This document shows positions 14,007 through 28,298 of a stretch of DNA of 64,000 bases, in pieces. The first letter of the stretch is position 1; the number at the start of each line of letters is the position of its first letter. Below the pieces are notes generated by a model that did not search any database, was not told the DNA's origin, and worked only from the letters and a program-made list of their open reading frames with translations. Where the stretch lies: positions 124,001-188,000 of the forward strand of contig JAPEUD010000039.1 of NCBI GenBank assembly GCA_026026165.1. The letters run 5' to 3'. The translations under genes were made by a program, and so were the position numbers. The stretch is from Sarea resinae (Eukaryota).

Positions 14007-15200
14007 GAGGCTTCATCTGCTGTTACCAGCAGCCGTTGGAGATGGAGGACCTGAATCCAGACGGGGAGGGGGAAGAGCTGCAGCGGGAGGCGTCAGAAGC
14101 ATCATCACTTGTTGTGCTCTGGGCGAGGACGAAGTTACATCGTATCTGGTATCTCGTGCGGATGTGGCTTCGGTATCCCTGGCTCTCTACGCTCTCTACG
14201 CTCTCTACGCTCTCTACAGAGTACACGACCGTAAATCGAAAGCCTGGGGCTGCACCCCCAAGGTAAACATCTACGAGAGAATCATCTATACTCCTTACTT
14301 CCATTGCACAGGATCTTGCCATCCATAGATGTCACCAGCTTTGCAGTCTTTCGAGAGCCTGGTGCAATGGTGTCAATGCCAATGCCGCGAGCAGTGTTGC
14401 TCTTATCGTAAGCTCTCAGTCATCAGCCTACGAGTACTGCGTCTCGGGTCCGACCCTTGCAAGCATGCCCGGCCGCGAAGGATGATCTCCGACGACCGAT
14501 GAGATCGGAGGGATCATTCTCGACTAGAAAGCTCAGACGAAAAGATGATTGAATCTGATGAGATGAGAAGAAGACTCATCCACGGGATGGAACAAGAGCC
14601 ATCGTAGTCACATCAATGGAATGGTGAGGACTCATACATAGTAGTACTGCTCAGCTACTACGCAGGACAGCTGGAGCTGGAGGCTGCATGGCCTGGAACC
14701 GGTTTCCTTCGCGCGTGGCTTGCACCACCTCCCGTATGGGCGGTAGAGCCAAAGTACCCTCCGCGTAGCGGATTCCCTCACTCGCGGCGCTGTTACGCGC
14801 GGCGGTGAGGGCGCGAAGACGGCCAAGATACTCTCGCGTGACACGGCACCGTACCGCCCGCCTACGAGCCATTCCGGTGATCTCATTCCCCTCCCATGTC
14901 ACACTGCATCGACGCCTCGGACCTTGTCTGATCCTACCCGTCCGCCGGCCTGTTGGTGTCCATGGCCTTTGGTGATGAATTCCATCTTCAATCTCCCATC
15001 TGCAGTCTTCAATTCGGATCTTCTCTTCTTTTCTGCCCTTCTTTCTTCCGCCAGACACCAATCTCTTGTCCTCGTTGCTTCAGGATGCATACGTGACCTT
15101 CTATAACCCGTCCATCCACGTCCACCTACCCATCACCGGTTAAGGAAGGAACAAAGGGACAGGACGCCTCCGAGCCATTGCCAAACAGCCCACACGCACC

Positions 15201-18200
15201 ATGTCGGCCGCGCCAGAAACATCGCCCGCGCCCTCGAACCACAGCTTCTCCGGCGTGCTCTCCAAGGCTCGCCGTGGTCGACGAGCCAACACCTCCTCGA
15301 CGAATTCGGTGATCAGCAATGACGACACCATGAGTACGCATCGCGGAGGGATCCGCTCCTCGATGGATACCGCCGTCGATAAGCTCAAGGCGCGTGTGAC
15401 GGGCGACTCGAGCTCGTCGACGGAACACGACAAGGACACCTCGCCCGTGCGAGAGGCTCTTGCAAAGCTGATCCCCCATCGTGCCGGCAGTAAACGTCGT
15501 CGTGCCAGGCGCCAGAGCAAGAATGTGGACGATACGGCTGACACAAGCGAGAGCCTGCGCCGAGGGCGTAGCATTACGGAAAAGGGCATTTCGGAAAATG
15601 ACGATGCCACCGCCCCCGGGGCAGTCGATGGAGATGACGACGATGAGGAGGAAGACAAGAGCGGGAGCAGTCTTTTGACGTGCGACTCGGAGACTGAATC
15701 GTAAGTTGGTCCCTGCGGAGTTTGCATCTGTTTGTTTGGGGCGCAGATACCGTGTCGCCAAGACAGAGTGAGATGCTAGCCTCGGTCGAGGGCACTACTG
15801 CACACTGCACCTGCGTGTCCACCTCCTACTCCCCGCCGATTCAGCTTCATTGCGGTCGCAGCACGCGATCTCTGCATTGATCTGGTCGACCATCTGCTTG
15901 CCGTTTCTGCCTTCTTCCCTTCTTGATCGTGTTGGGGCTCCTGTCACCGCCTTTTGCCTGCCCGTGCTAACGAGACGACGGTTCGCTTCAACAGGCAGCC
16001 TACCAGGCCTTCTCTCTCGCCGCATCAGTCGCACGCCGGCTACCTCACTCATTCATCGCCGCTGATTAATTCTGCGTCCGTCACGCACCCCAACGGATTG
16101 TCGTCCGACCTAGCCCTGGCGCGCCTCAAGCAAGCGGAGCGGGATCCCGACACGATACCCGCTGTGGCCTCGACCCCTGTCCTCGCGGACAAGGCCTTGT
16201 CACTATCTCCAGCGACCACGTTGAACGTGAAGAGCGCCGGGAACAGTCCTCGAACCCGTTCTCGCTCTCCCGTGGGAAGGTTGCGAGAGGCCTTGTCTCC
16301 GTCGAAGCGGTCGAGTGCGAGCCAAAGCCCCGATCGACCCTCGGACCAGTTCGAGGCATCAAGCGGAGGGAGGGGCAAAGGGGGCTTGTTTGGGAATGGT
16401 AGCAGTAGAGCCAGCTTTAGCTCTCGGAGATCTTCCATCAAGGGACTTGAAGATTTACCGACAGAGCCCACCATCATCGAATCCGAGGCCTCTTTCAGGC
16501 CCTCTCGTACCAAGAGGAACTCACTGCCACCGAGAATCAATACGCTACCCGAAAGCCCCCCGGCGCCTGATACCCCAAAGATAACCGCGACTCCTCCTAC
16601 GCCCACGGATCCGAACAGAAACCCTGACATTACGCCAACAAAGGGCCCCAAATCGGAGCTGGCCTCTGCCGATACCTGGCCAAACCCTAATATCGTCACG
16701 TCCCCTTCGGGGAACATGATATCACACCGTCGTGTGCGTTCAGCATCGGCCGCCAACACACCAAGTAAATTGTCCAGCTCAATCAACGCTCCACTCACAC
16801 CTACGATTGAGGAGCCAAGGAACACTAGCAGCTCACAAGGCTCACCTGGAGCTGGTGGGGGTTTCTTCTCGAGCGTGCTCAGTGTCGCACAGAACGCGGC
16901 AGCGCAACTGAGCAGCACCATCACGAACTCGGGACCGCCGGGTACCAGAAGTCGGAGTGGGACGCAGACTAGCTCCGGGGATAACGAGCAAGAAGACGGA
17001 GAAGAGGCCTTTGTGCCAGGCGAAGATAGCGAGAAGGCGCTCGAACACGACAGTGAACCAAAGAAGCTCGCTGTCGAGACTTTGGGTCTTGGGGACCTGA
17101 GTCTCAGTCACCTTGGCATTATTCCGGAACCCCCTCAGAGCCAGACCATGAGAACTGTCGACAGTGACGGTGAGGTGCAAGTGTCGAATCGGGCCCTGCA
17201 AATGGCCGTCCATGACGAGGCATCCGCTAGGGTAGACGACGTTAACGCTGCTCGCGCCGTCTCGGCCGCTTATCGAGGGGACGGAGATGAAAGTGGGCCC
17301 ACCCCGATCGTCGAAGATGGACCAACAGGAAGACCCCGATCGATATTTTCGCAGAGCACACACGCCGACGACCAGTCTCCTCCAAATGGAGGGAGTGAGC
17401 AAGATAGCGAGAGCATCGCCCGTCGAAGTGGTAGCATTCGAAGTCGAATGGGTACGGTCGGCCGAAGACATCGACGAAGCTCAGCAGCGACGGGTACGAC
17501 TATCGGGGCAGCCATCGGAGCGAGTACCGCTGCGTTGGCAAATCCTGTCCTTGCAGGTAGCGTTCCGCGTCTCACGGGTTTCGCAGTAGCCAGCAAAAAG
17601 CGGAACAGAGACTTCCACCAGCTTTTCAGAAGTGTTCCGGAGGATGACTACCTCATCGAGGATTATAGCTGTGCTCTGCAACGGGATATTCTGTTATCTG
17701 GCAGACTATATGTCTCAGAGGGACACATATGCTTCTCGAGCAATATCCTGGGCTGGGTGACCACACTGGTCATCAGCTTCGATGAAGTGATGTCGGTCGA
17801 GAAGAAGACCACTGCCATGATTTTCCCGAATGCCATTGTTATCCAGACGCTTCATGCGCGCAATGTCTTTGCGAGTCTACTGAGTCGAGATACAACTTAC
17901 GACCTTCTGGTCGGAATCTGGAAGATCAGCCATCCAACTCTCCGAAGCTCGGTCAACGGCGTCGCTCTGGAGGAGGCCGGTACCGGCGACAAGACCGAGA
18001 AAGCGGACGCCAGTGACAGCGAGCTTGGCTCTGATGAGCTGACCGACGAAGAAGATGAGATGTACGATGAGGATGCTGAAGTAGAGGAGCCCTCAGGAGA
18101 TGCGGTCGAAGCTAGAGATGGCAGTACTCTTGATAGTGAGATTGGAGATGGCCCCATTGCGAAACCTACCAGCCGAAAGACTTCTGCCGCGACGGGCGCC

Positions 18201-19652
18201 CCGCCAGGGCTGCCAGTCAACGGGGAAGTCCCTACGGGCCTTGTGGGTGCGGTTGTCAGTGTGGATTATCCAGGTCCAGCGTCACATCCTCCAACCGAAT
18301 GTAGCGATCAGGCTACTCACTACGACAAGGTGATCAAGGATGAGGTTATTCCTGCGCCGCTCGGAAAGGTCTACTCGTTGATGTTTGGGCCGGGCTCGCT
18401 TGCTTTTATGACCAAGTGGCTGCTGGACGAGCAGAAGATTTTAGATCTCCAGATGGACGAAGACAAGGGAGGACTTTCGGATGACAAGAAGTCGAGGACT
18501 TATTCATACATCAAGCCTCTGAACGCATCTATTGGTCCTCGGCAGACCAAGTGTATCATCACGGAGACACTAGATACTCTTGATCTCACAAAAGCCGTGT
18601 CGGTCACCGTAGGAACGCAGACGCCAGACGTCCCCAGTGGCAACATCTTCACCGTCAAGACGAAATACTGTCTGACATGGGCTCCTGGCGATTCGACAAG
18701 GCTGCAGATGAACTGCATGCTCGATTGGACGGCCAAGAGCTGGCTGAAGGGTGAGTCTCTTGAGTGTATTTGATGGCCTGACTAACATTCCTCAGGTCCG
18801 ATTGAGAAGGGTGCCAATGATGGCCAAGTGACATACGCAAAAGATCTGGTGGCCGCCATCAAAACTGCCGTGACTCGGCCAAGAGCGTCTACTGTGACGA
18901 CGAAACCCAAGACGAAGACTCGGCGTAGAAAGGACACTTTGAGTAGCACTACGCCAGCCAAGGCAAAGCACGCAGAAGCAGCCAGCGAGTCCAAGTCGCA
19001 CAAGAAGGAAGAGAACTGGGGCTTATTCGAACCGCTGCGAGGACCGCTCAGTCCCGTTACTGACATCTTCAAGCCGTTCCTCAGCGTCCCGTTATGTCTC
19101 GGCATCGTGTTTGTGCTTCTGGCTATCGTGTGGGTTCGGCAATCACGCATCTCGCGCTCGGGCAGCGCCGGATCCGGTGGCCTGGTTGGACCCAGCACGC
19201 CGGAACGCATTGCTGCGTATGAGGAGATATGGCGACGTGAGGAGAGTGAACTCTGGGATTGGCTGGAGGACCGCGTCGGTCTGGATGGGATCGGCGTTCC
19301 GGTGGTCCGGGGTAGTGGGTCACAGGAAGACGGCGGGGCAGCTTCTACGGCGGCTGCCAAGGCGAGAAAGGAGCGAGAACGGGCCATCAAGGCCGAGAGC
19401 ATAGAGACGAAGGTGGCGAGTGAGAAGATGAGTCAGCGCGAGATCGACAACGCCATCCGGGTGACGGAGGAGAGGCTGATGGCGTTGAAGGGCGTTGTGG
19501 AGAAGAAGAAGGTGAAGACGGGAGAAAAGGGGGCAAAGGGGGCGGCCAGGGGCGATTTCTCCTCGTCGAGCGTCGGTGATGGCGATGGTGGTAGTCTTGA
19601 TGGTAGTCTTGCCGGCAAGAGCAGTCTCAGCACTGCCGTCACTTCAGTCTGA
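15201..19652 (+). CDS. Lam/Ysp2-family membrane-contact-site sterol transfer protein (GRAM + VASt/StART-like + transmembrane helix)
   Basis: Introns ~15701-15994 and ~18751-18796. GRAM domain (RNRDFHQLFRSVPEDDYLIEDYSCALQRDILLSGRLYVSEGHICF), VASt domain (YIKPLNASIGPRQTKC...TPDVPSGNIFTVKTKYCL...WLKGPIEKGA), and TM helix VPLCLGIVFVLLAIVWV. Confidence 0.92.
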
Positions 19653-19869
19653 GTCGGGCGTGGCGAGCTGGCATGAGCATGTCCGATTGCGAGCGTTGCG
19701 ATGGAGGGCGGGTCATTGGCGAAGCGATGGACAGGAACAGCGATAGCGATGGCGAGCGATGGCGATGGGCGGGAAGGCGATGCAAAGGGAAACGGGTAAC
19801 ACACTTGTCATGGCGATTAGGGGCTTGGCTTGATTTGATTTGCCTTTGAACTGAGTCCGTTGTTCCCGT

Positions 19870-21060
19870 GTGCCGATTTTTTCTTGCAAATCAATCAATC
19901 AATCAGATCAGTTGGTCAGATCGACCGGTCAATCCGATCATTGTATTTCCTCTCTTTTCTTTTCCTTTTGTTGTTCTTTATCTCTACAAACTAAATCGAA
20001 TCGAACTAAATCGAATCGAACTAAATCGAATCGAACTAAATCGAATCGAATCGAATCGAATGAAATGAATTGGATTGAATTCGGATCACTCGATCACTCA
20101 ATCAATCACATCTGATCATTCCTTGGCATTGGTCTTTTCTCCTTCTTTTCTTCTTTTCTCCTTTTCTTCTGTCTTGTCCTAGCCTAGCCTCCTCCCCTAT
20201 TTGTTTTGTTGTTGTTGTTGTCGTTGTTGCTATTGTTGTTCCTTATTCCTAACTTCTTCTTAGTCCTTATGTATTTGTGTTTGTGTTTGTGTTTAGCCTT
20301 TTAGCTTAGGTAGTTGCTTCTTTAGTTTTCTTTTGTTTTGTTTTCTTTCCTCTTCTTCTATACCTAAGTAGGTAAGTAGGTAGAAGGAAATAGAAATAAG
20401 AACCTAGAAAACAAGAAACTAGAAACAGAAGAACTTAAACCAAAAAAACTAGAACATAAAAGCTAGGTTATACTACTTACTCTCTACCTACCTTACCTAC
20501 CTACTCTTTCTACCTACCTACCTAGTAAGATAAGGTAAGGTAATTCTATCTACTTACCTACTAATCTTAAGCTCCTTACTAAGTAAGATAGTCATTAGAA
20601 AAGAAAAGAAATACCTTCTCTACCTAGGTATTTTTTTAAAGAAAAAAACCCTTTATTTACCTTAGTCTATTATCTATACGTCTATTATGTATAGTAAGTA
20701 AGACAAGGTAAGGTAAGGTACCTTAGGTAGGTAGAGAGTAAATACCTAGGTAGTAGAGAAGTGTACACTTATAAGAAAGAAGCACTAAACTACTAAACCA
20801 CTAAACTAAGGCACCTCTACAAGTACATACCTAGCAAGAAAGAAAAATCACAGTCAATACATCTACAGTACTACAACACAACAACAGACCTACAACAGAC
20901 CTACAAGGCTAACACTACTAACACAACAAGCAAAAACAATCATAGCACTACCGTACCTAACAGCACCTAGACAATCAAGATAAACCACCAACACAAATTT
21001 CAGAGCCATCTCCTATGTAGTAGTAGTAGTCAACAAGGTTTGGGGTTGGAATACATTGAC
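19870..21060. repeat. AT-rich, microsatellite-dense island between the convergent Lam and RRM genes
   Basis: 15-bp tandem AACTAAATCGAATCG at ~19989-20060, (GTT)n, (TTGTGT)n, TACC/GGTA and GGTAA iterations. TpA-rich core at ~20290-20840. Confidence 0.85.
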
Positions 21061-21391
21061 GTCTTTGCATACATGCGTGATGCATCCATGGAAACAATTG
21101 GATGGAAAAGGTAACGAGTCCCGGCCACGCCGTCACCACCACTGCTGCTACTACTAGTACTACTACCACTCTACTACCACTCACTACCCACCATGTCATT
21201 TCTACCTCTCGCGACCTCTTGACTCCCTGTGCCATGTCTTCTTTTCTCAACACATGCCATGCACAAAAGAGCCCATCCCTTTTTCCCACGCACCTACACC
21301 TCTTTCACTACTGCCGTCCCCGTTGCAGCACCCATACCATGCAAGCTGCAACTGCCCCCCACCCCCACCTTCATCTCCAAACACTACACAC

Positions 21392-22690
21392 TCAAGCGGT
21401 GGTGGCCTCGGCCGGAGCAGTCTCGGCAGCAGGCTCCTCGGCAGCATTGGCCGCAGGGGCCACACCATTCTCCTTGGTCTCCTCACCCTCGGCGGCACCG
21501 GTGGGGGCGTTGATGTCCTCGTCCTCCTTGCCGGGGCTGTCAATGGCCACCTTGACGGCAATCTCACGGCCCTCAACCTCCTTGCCGTTCATCTCTTCGA
21601 CCGCCTTTTGCTGCAGCTCTTCCGAGGCCAGGGTCACGAAGCCGAAGCCACGGCCCTTGCGCGGCTCGTTGCGTTGCTGGAGCTTCTTGACCATGAAGCG
21701 GGGGATCGGGCGGAGCGCGATCTTGGCCGACGAGGGCTCGTAGGCGGCGAAGAGTTCTTTGAGCTATCGTCGTACACTGTTAGATCTAGCTTGAAAGAGG
21801 AATAAGGGTCCGTACCTTGTCCTCGCGGAGGTCGTAGGGCAGGTTGGCAACCATGACCTTGGTCTTCGAGGCCACGCCATCCTCGGGCGGACCACGCTGG
21901 CGGCGTTCTCGAGGAGCACGCTTCTCGGCGTTGTCATCCACGGTGGTGGTGCCTTCGGTCTGGCCCTCGGCGGTGAGCGACTCGTTGGTGGTCTCGGTCA
22001 GGGGCAGAACCTGTCCGGGGACATTGGTCGGGCCCTCTCCATTCTCACGACGCTATCGACATATTAGAAACCATCTCGAGTACTGATGATAGCCAAACTC
22101 ACCGCGCGTCCGGCACGTCCAGCACGACCGCCACGGCCTCGGCCACGACCGCGGCCTCGACCGGCACCCCTCCTCCTACCCTCACCATTTGCACCCTCGC
22201 CTCCGCTTGTGGCACCATCGCCCTTTTCGCCAGCCGGTTCGGGCTTGCGAGCAAGCTGCACGGAAACCTTACGATCGAGGATCTCCTTGCCCGAGAGCTC
22301 GGAAATGGCACGCTCCGCCTCGGATGGGGTCGAGAGGTCGACGAAAGCATAGCCAACGGGACGGGTGGTGCGAGGGTTGGTCGGGATGGAAGTCGACTCG
22401 CTAGGCATGATCAGCGTCGTCGGTCAAGGGCAGGGCAACACGGTCCCGACTTACACCAAGTAGTCCTTGAAAAATTCCTTCAACTCCCCCTCGGTGGTCG
22501 CGTACGCGAGGTTCCCAATGTAGAGTCTCCTCCCCTCGGCGGCGCTGGCAATGACGGCCTCGTTGTGGGCGGCGTCAATGGGTTTGTCGGCACCGGCACC
22601 GATGCTGGCACCCGCGGCAGTGCCAGTGGGCTCGGTCAGGGTGGTGTTTGCCATGGAGGCGGTAACGCTGTCGACGGCGCTGGCGGACAT
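21392..22690 (-). CDS. Two-RRM RNA-binding protein with a central RGG/RG box (Sbp1-like)
   Basis: Four exons. RRM1 RRLYIGNLAY...VGYAFVDL, then GRGRGRGRGRGGR, then RRM2 TKVMVANLPYDL...KGRGFGFVTL...MNGKEVEGREIAVKVAID. Confidence 0.88.
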
Positions 22691-24633
22691 GTTGGATGAT
22701 CTGGTTACGGACGGAAAGACACGGGGATCTTGATATTCGATGAGCCTGGTGATGAGAAACACGTGAAGAACGCTGCTGGATTGTCCTGGTTCGAACCTTT
22801 TTGGTCTGTCGAGGAAATGTTTGACGGCGGCCTTGCGAAACAGAGTCAAGAGAGAGAGAGTCTTCGGGGGGGAGGATGAGGAGGGAATAGGGTAGCTAAG
22901 AGCCCTAGATCGGATTGACGTTGAAGCAGTTGACGTGAAGGTATTTATTGAACTTGTCTTGATGGGGATGAAGAGAAGGGGAGCAGGAGAAAGAGCAGCG
23001 AAGGGGAAGGATATACTGAAGTAGTGCGGTTCGCCGTCTGGGAGCTACATTCACCCTGGTGCGGTCGCTGGCAGGTCCCGGGTACACGGTGACGACCAGG
23101 TGGCTGTGAGGGACAGTGTGCCCGGAGTGGTATCGAGTAGGTATTTAAGCGAGAGCGGTACGACGAGGTACTTTGTACTCAGACATACGACAGCTCAAGG
23201 GGCAAAGGTCGCAGTACAGGGGAAGGAGCAGGACGAAGACACGACGTCGTAGGGGTGAGTACTATGTATTGCGCAGTACGCAGTAGGGGTGTCAGAGTAC
23301 TACCTGTAGGTAAGGTACTCTACATCGGCAGTCAGTAAAACAAGGTACTCGTAGTAAGTTGCCATCCATCCATCTTGATGGATTATATTGTCCAGTTCCT
23401 TTGTGTGCAAGTGCGTGCAAGTGCGTGCAAGCGAAAGGGAGCAGCGGCCAAGCGAGTCCCCCGAGAGACGAGTACCGACGACGTGGAAGCCTTCTTTCGA
23501 TCTGGAAGGTACTCGCAACTCCTCGTACTCGTGGCTGCAGCAGGAGTACCTTGGTGCCCTCGAGTCCCAAGGACGTTCGGCCTGCAGCCACAGGGACACA
23601 CATGGGCAAGGACGAGAGGTCTCGAGTACCTCATCTCCTGGTTGGAGTCGTCTTCAGTATGGACGAGCTTCAAACGGATGCCATATCCATCATTCTGTCC
23701 AATGTTTACAGAGATGAAGTCTCGAGGATAGTATCAAGTGGAATCCACCGCAGAGACCGAGTGCGTTTCCTGTCGGTACTCTCTACCTTTACCAAGTACT
23801 CGGTACTCGACCTCCTGGCCAGTGCGTGTCACTTTCCAAGTTGCCGCCGCAGCTGCAATCTCCTCGGCCTGGCCAGTCAACCGAGACAACAGGGAGTGAC
23901 AGTGACGGTGCTCACAGACAGTGGAAAAGTGGAAAATTACTCGAGACCCTGATGTAGAAGTCAAGTACAGTACAGAACTGGACCGTACGGCTAGCAAGGA
24001 GGCAAGTCGGCTGCGATCCTGCCAGGAGGTGGATATGAATGCTCAGAGTCATGGCCAATCTGCTCTTCGCAAAGGCTCTTCAGTACCTGCAGGCGTAGAG
24101 AGACGCCACGACCATGGCTGGAGAGCTGGAACCCTTTGACTCGCTTTGCTGCTGGCCGTCTACGGTGAAGCTGAGCAGTAACGCTCAGCTTCATCGACAT
24201 CCGGGGCTCGAGCACTCGGATGCATACGCAGTAAGTAGTGAATTTCCCAATAGGAGAAATATAAGCAGGGATTCTCGTCACGATGGCGTTGCTTTTTCGA
24301 AGCAATGAGATCTTCCAGCGGTGCAGATCGAATGGCTTCCATGGGTCCGCAGGCAACCAGTGCAGGAGTGCAAGTGCAGCAGTGCAGCAGTGGCGACTTC
24401 GCTCCTCTCGGCTACTTGCCCTGAAATGGCAATTCGGTCTTCCATGGATGGCTCTTTGTATTGGACTTTGCGGCGAAAAGGCCTTAGTCACGCGAGAACG
24501 CAAAGACTTGGAAGATGTCATTCTGAGAAGATGTCATTTTATGTTCGTGTAGAATTGTAAATAGACATCGAAGTAAGAGTCAGCGACACCAACACCACAA
24601 AGCATTTGTTTCCTGGTGCTGGATTGAGATGAG

Positions 24634-26971
24634 ATGACGGCCCCCGCTGGCGGCCAATATCATGACCGATCTGCCCTCGTCGTCTATGGCTCCGAGACAG
24701 GCAACGCCCAGGATGTCGCCGACGAGATGGGCCGTCTGGCGGAACGCCTTCATTTCGTAACTCGCGTCTGTGAATTGGATTCCATCGATCTTGTATGTCT
24801 GCATTTCAGTCGGGAGCATATGGCACAGCGGTTGACATCGACGGCAGAGCGTTCTCTCCAAGCACACGCTGGTCATCTTCGTCGTCTCGACGACGGGCCA
24901 AGGCGATCTACCCGCCAATGCGCGTATGTTTTGGAGATCGTTGTTGAGGAAGAAATTGCCGCCCACATGTCTGGCTGGCGTCGACTTTTCCATCTTCGGA
25001 CTTGGCGATAGCTCGTACCCGAAGTAGATATGTCCTTTGCTTCCGCTTCTTCATCTAATCGTGCGCAGATTCAATTGGGCTGCCCGAAAAATCAACAGGA
25101 GGCTCTTACAGCTTGGAGCCAAGGAATTCTATCCCCGCGGAGAAGCTGACGAACAGCATCCGGAAGGGTGAGTGAGAATTCCATCTCCTTGACGGGCTCA
25201 TTTTGATGGCCTTGCACAGGATCGATGGGAGCTTTTTCCCGTGGTCTGCAGACTTCAAGAAACATCTTCTTGGCCAGTATCCATTACCCAACGGCGTAGA
25301 GCCGATCCCGGACGATGTTCTTCTCCAGCCGAAATGGACTCTTCATTTCGACGAGAGAGCGGAGGCCAAGGGCTCTATAGGAGGTCTCTCGGACTCAGAT
25401 CAAGTCCCGACTCCGCCACCCAACCTCCCGCCAGATGACCTCCTTCCCATCCCCAAGACCGTGAAAGCAACTCTCGTGAAAGCCCACCGTCTGACTCCTT
25501 CATCACACTGGCAAGACGTTCGACATCTCACTTTCAACATCCCATCCGAGCTCGACTATGCTCCGGGAGACGTGCTCACCATCTACCCGAAAAACTTCCC
25601 CCAAGACGTCAATGAGATCCTGTCTCTTCTGGGATGGACAGCAGACGCAGATCGACCCGTCCAATTCGTCCCAACCGGCCTTCCAACCAACCTAGCATCG
25701 TACCCACCCCCTCCAGTATCGAATCTACTTTCCTATCCCAAACTCACCCTCCGATCTCTCCTTACCAACTACATCGACATCACCTCCATCCCTCGCCGCT
25801 CCTTTTTTGCTCTCATTGCGCACTTTACCTCCAACGAAATGCACAAAGAACGACTCCTCGAATTCACCAAGCCCGAGTTCCTCGACGAGCTCTACGACTA
25901 CACCACCAGACCACGTCGGAGCATCATCGAAGTCCTGCAAGAATTTGAGAGCGTGAATATCCCCTGGGCATGGGCTGGAACTATCTTCCCAGTTCTCCGT
26001 GGCCGCCAGTTCAGCATTGCTAGCGGTGGTCCCCTGAAGCATCATCTCTCGGATGATTTTACCAAGGTCGATCTTCTCGTCGCTATCGTCAAGTACCGTA
26101 CTGTGATCAAGAAGATCCGCGAGGGCGTCTGCACACGCTATATAGCTTCTCTGCCGACAGGCACGCACCTCAACGTGCTCCTCCAGAAGGGAGGTCTGAG
26201 TGTCACCAAAGCAGAAGCTCGGCGGCCAATTGTCATGGTCGGGCCAGGCACCGGCGTCGCGCCTATGCGGTCTCTCTTATGGGAGAGACTGGCCTGGGCC
26301 GAAGAGATGAAGCAAAAGCAAGGCGGCCACGATCCGGAGGGAAGCCCATCCACAAGCGTTGCGCTTCCCCCGTTGATCGGAGAGAACGTGCTCTTCTTCG
26401 GCTGCCGCAACCGCGCCTCCGATTTCTTCTACGAGAAAGACTGGGAGAATCTACGCGCACAGATTCCGCTCGAGGTCTTCACCGCTTTCTCCCGCGATCA
26501 AGTAAGAAGAGCCACTGTTTTCTGCTCCTCTGCGTCCACTTCCTTTTCCTCTCCCCCCTTTATCCGTCTTCCTCCTTACTGACACCCCTTTCCCCTTTCT
26601 CCCAACTAGCGACAGAAGATTTACGTCCAAGATCTCGTGCGCGAGCACTCTGCTCTCGTCTACCGTCTCCTGCACGATCTCTCCGGCATCATCTACATCT
26701 GCGGGTACGTCACGTCTCCCCTAAGCCGTCTTTCACGTTCGCTCCCTGCTTTCCTCACTCCCCGCCGTCCCCTCCCCTCCACCCCTCACTCACACTATCA
26801 TCCACCAGCTCCTCCGGAAAAATGCCCCAAGCAGTCCGCGAGGCCTTGATCGAAGCCTTCCAGAAAGAAGCCCCACGCGACGGATCAGGACCCGTTGGTG
26901 ACCGCGACGCCGCCGAGGCGTATCTCTTGACCATGGAAAAGGAGGGCCGCTATAAGCAGGAGACGTGGTAG
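24634..26971 (+). CDS. tah18: NADPH-dependent diflavin oxidoreductase 1 (cytosolic Fe-S assembly)
   Basis: Multi-exon. Flavodoxin motifs YGSETGNAQD and FGLGDSSYP, FAD-binding RQFSIAS and GVCT, NADPH-binding GPGTGVAP, FFGCRN and AFSRDQ, C-terminal RYKQETW. Confidence 0.94.
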
Positions 26972-28298
26972 ATTGATGATATAGCATAGCATAGCATAGC
27001 ATGGCATAGTATCGCATCAACAAATTCGATCGATGAATATGACTTTATCATAAGCACCCGAGTCGCACAAACGCACACACCGGTTGTATATAACTATGTG
27101 GATTCCCCACACAGTGGAACAATAGCTAATGTATTAATATAAACACATTTGGTTTTATCTTTGGTTTTTCTTTGTCTTGGAATACAAGGGAAGCCATCGT
27201 GCTGAAGAGACATTGGGAAAGGCAAAAATTCACACCGACACGAGATATAACCATCACACAGACAAGATGATGATGGCAATGTGCCAGCCTCTGCGACGAA
27301 AAAGTTGACTGGATTCATTCCCTGCCTTTGCCCGGGCTATCATTCATGCCTGCATTCTATAGGCTATATGGCCAGGCAGGATCTCGAAACAGACTCTTGT
27401 CACTGAATGCCCGGAGTGGGCGGGCGAAAAGCAGCGGTCGAAACGTCTTGAGGAGGGTGGAAGCGGCCGCGTGCAAGTAGAAGCTGAGATGGGGGGCTGA
27501 GCGGAAGTACGAAGTACTCCGGAGTAGAGCGGGGCGGGCCGCTAGGCCCCCAATGGAAGGTCAGCTCCTGCCACCCCCCATGTTTACTTCAGTAGACTCT
27601 CCACCACCCGAACGCGATCCTGCAGGAGGCGTGCGTGCTCGATGATGCTGACGATGCTGGTGATGATGAGGAGGAGGAGGAGGAGGATGATGATGATGAG
27701 CCGGTAGAATCTCCCCTTGGCGTTGCGCCACAACCTGATATGCTCGATAGGGTAAATGAACGACAGGAGATTGCTATTGATTTACGAGAATGGTGATCGG
27801 ACACTATGACCCATCAGGCAGCTGCCCTACATGGTACCTTGGTCCATGCACCTCAGGCCTGTCGATGGGGTTGAGTGGATGAAGTCGGATGAAGAGGAGA
27901 GGATTCCCCCCGTACTTTTCTTGACTCCAGAGCATAGTACGGACATGTAGAGGATGCCTGCAGAGCTCCAGCTATTCGCATGATTGCATGACGTAAAGCT
28001 CTTACCACCGCCCGCAGCTTGCAGCTATCCCGGCGTCGCTCATCTATGGACCTACTCTAATCAGCTGTGCCTCGTGCGTGGGTGCTGAGAGCTGCGGGCA
28101 CTGCGGGCACTGCGGGCACTGCAAGCAGGCCAGGCCTGTAGGCCAGGCCTGTTCTCTTAAGACTGCCGCTGATCATGATCACGCACATTGCCTCAATTCC
28201 TGCATCCATTGACGATTTTGCTGCTTCATCGCAGTCCACTTTGACGGGAATCGATCGCGATAGACAAGTAAACAAGGAACGGGTGGCAGAATAAAGCC

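Noticed and set aside
19989..20060. 15-bp tandem repeat resembling an array
   Set aside because: The units are head-to-tail with no spacers in a eukaryotic genome, so this is a minisatellite and not CRISPR.
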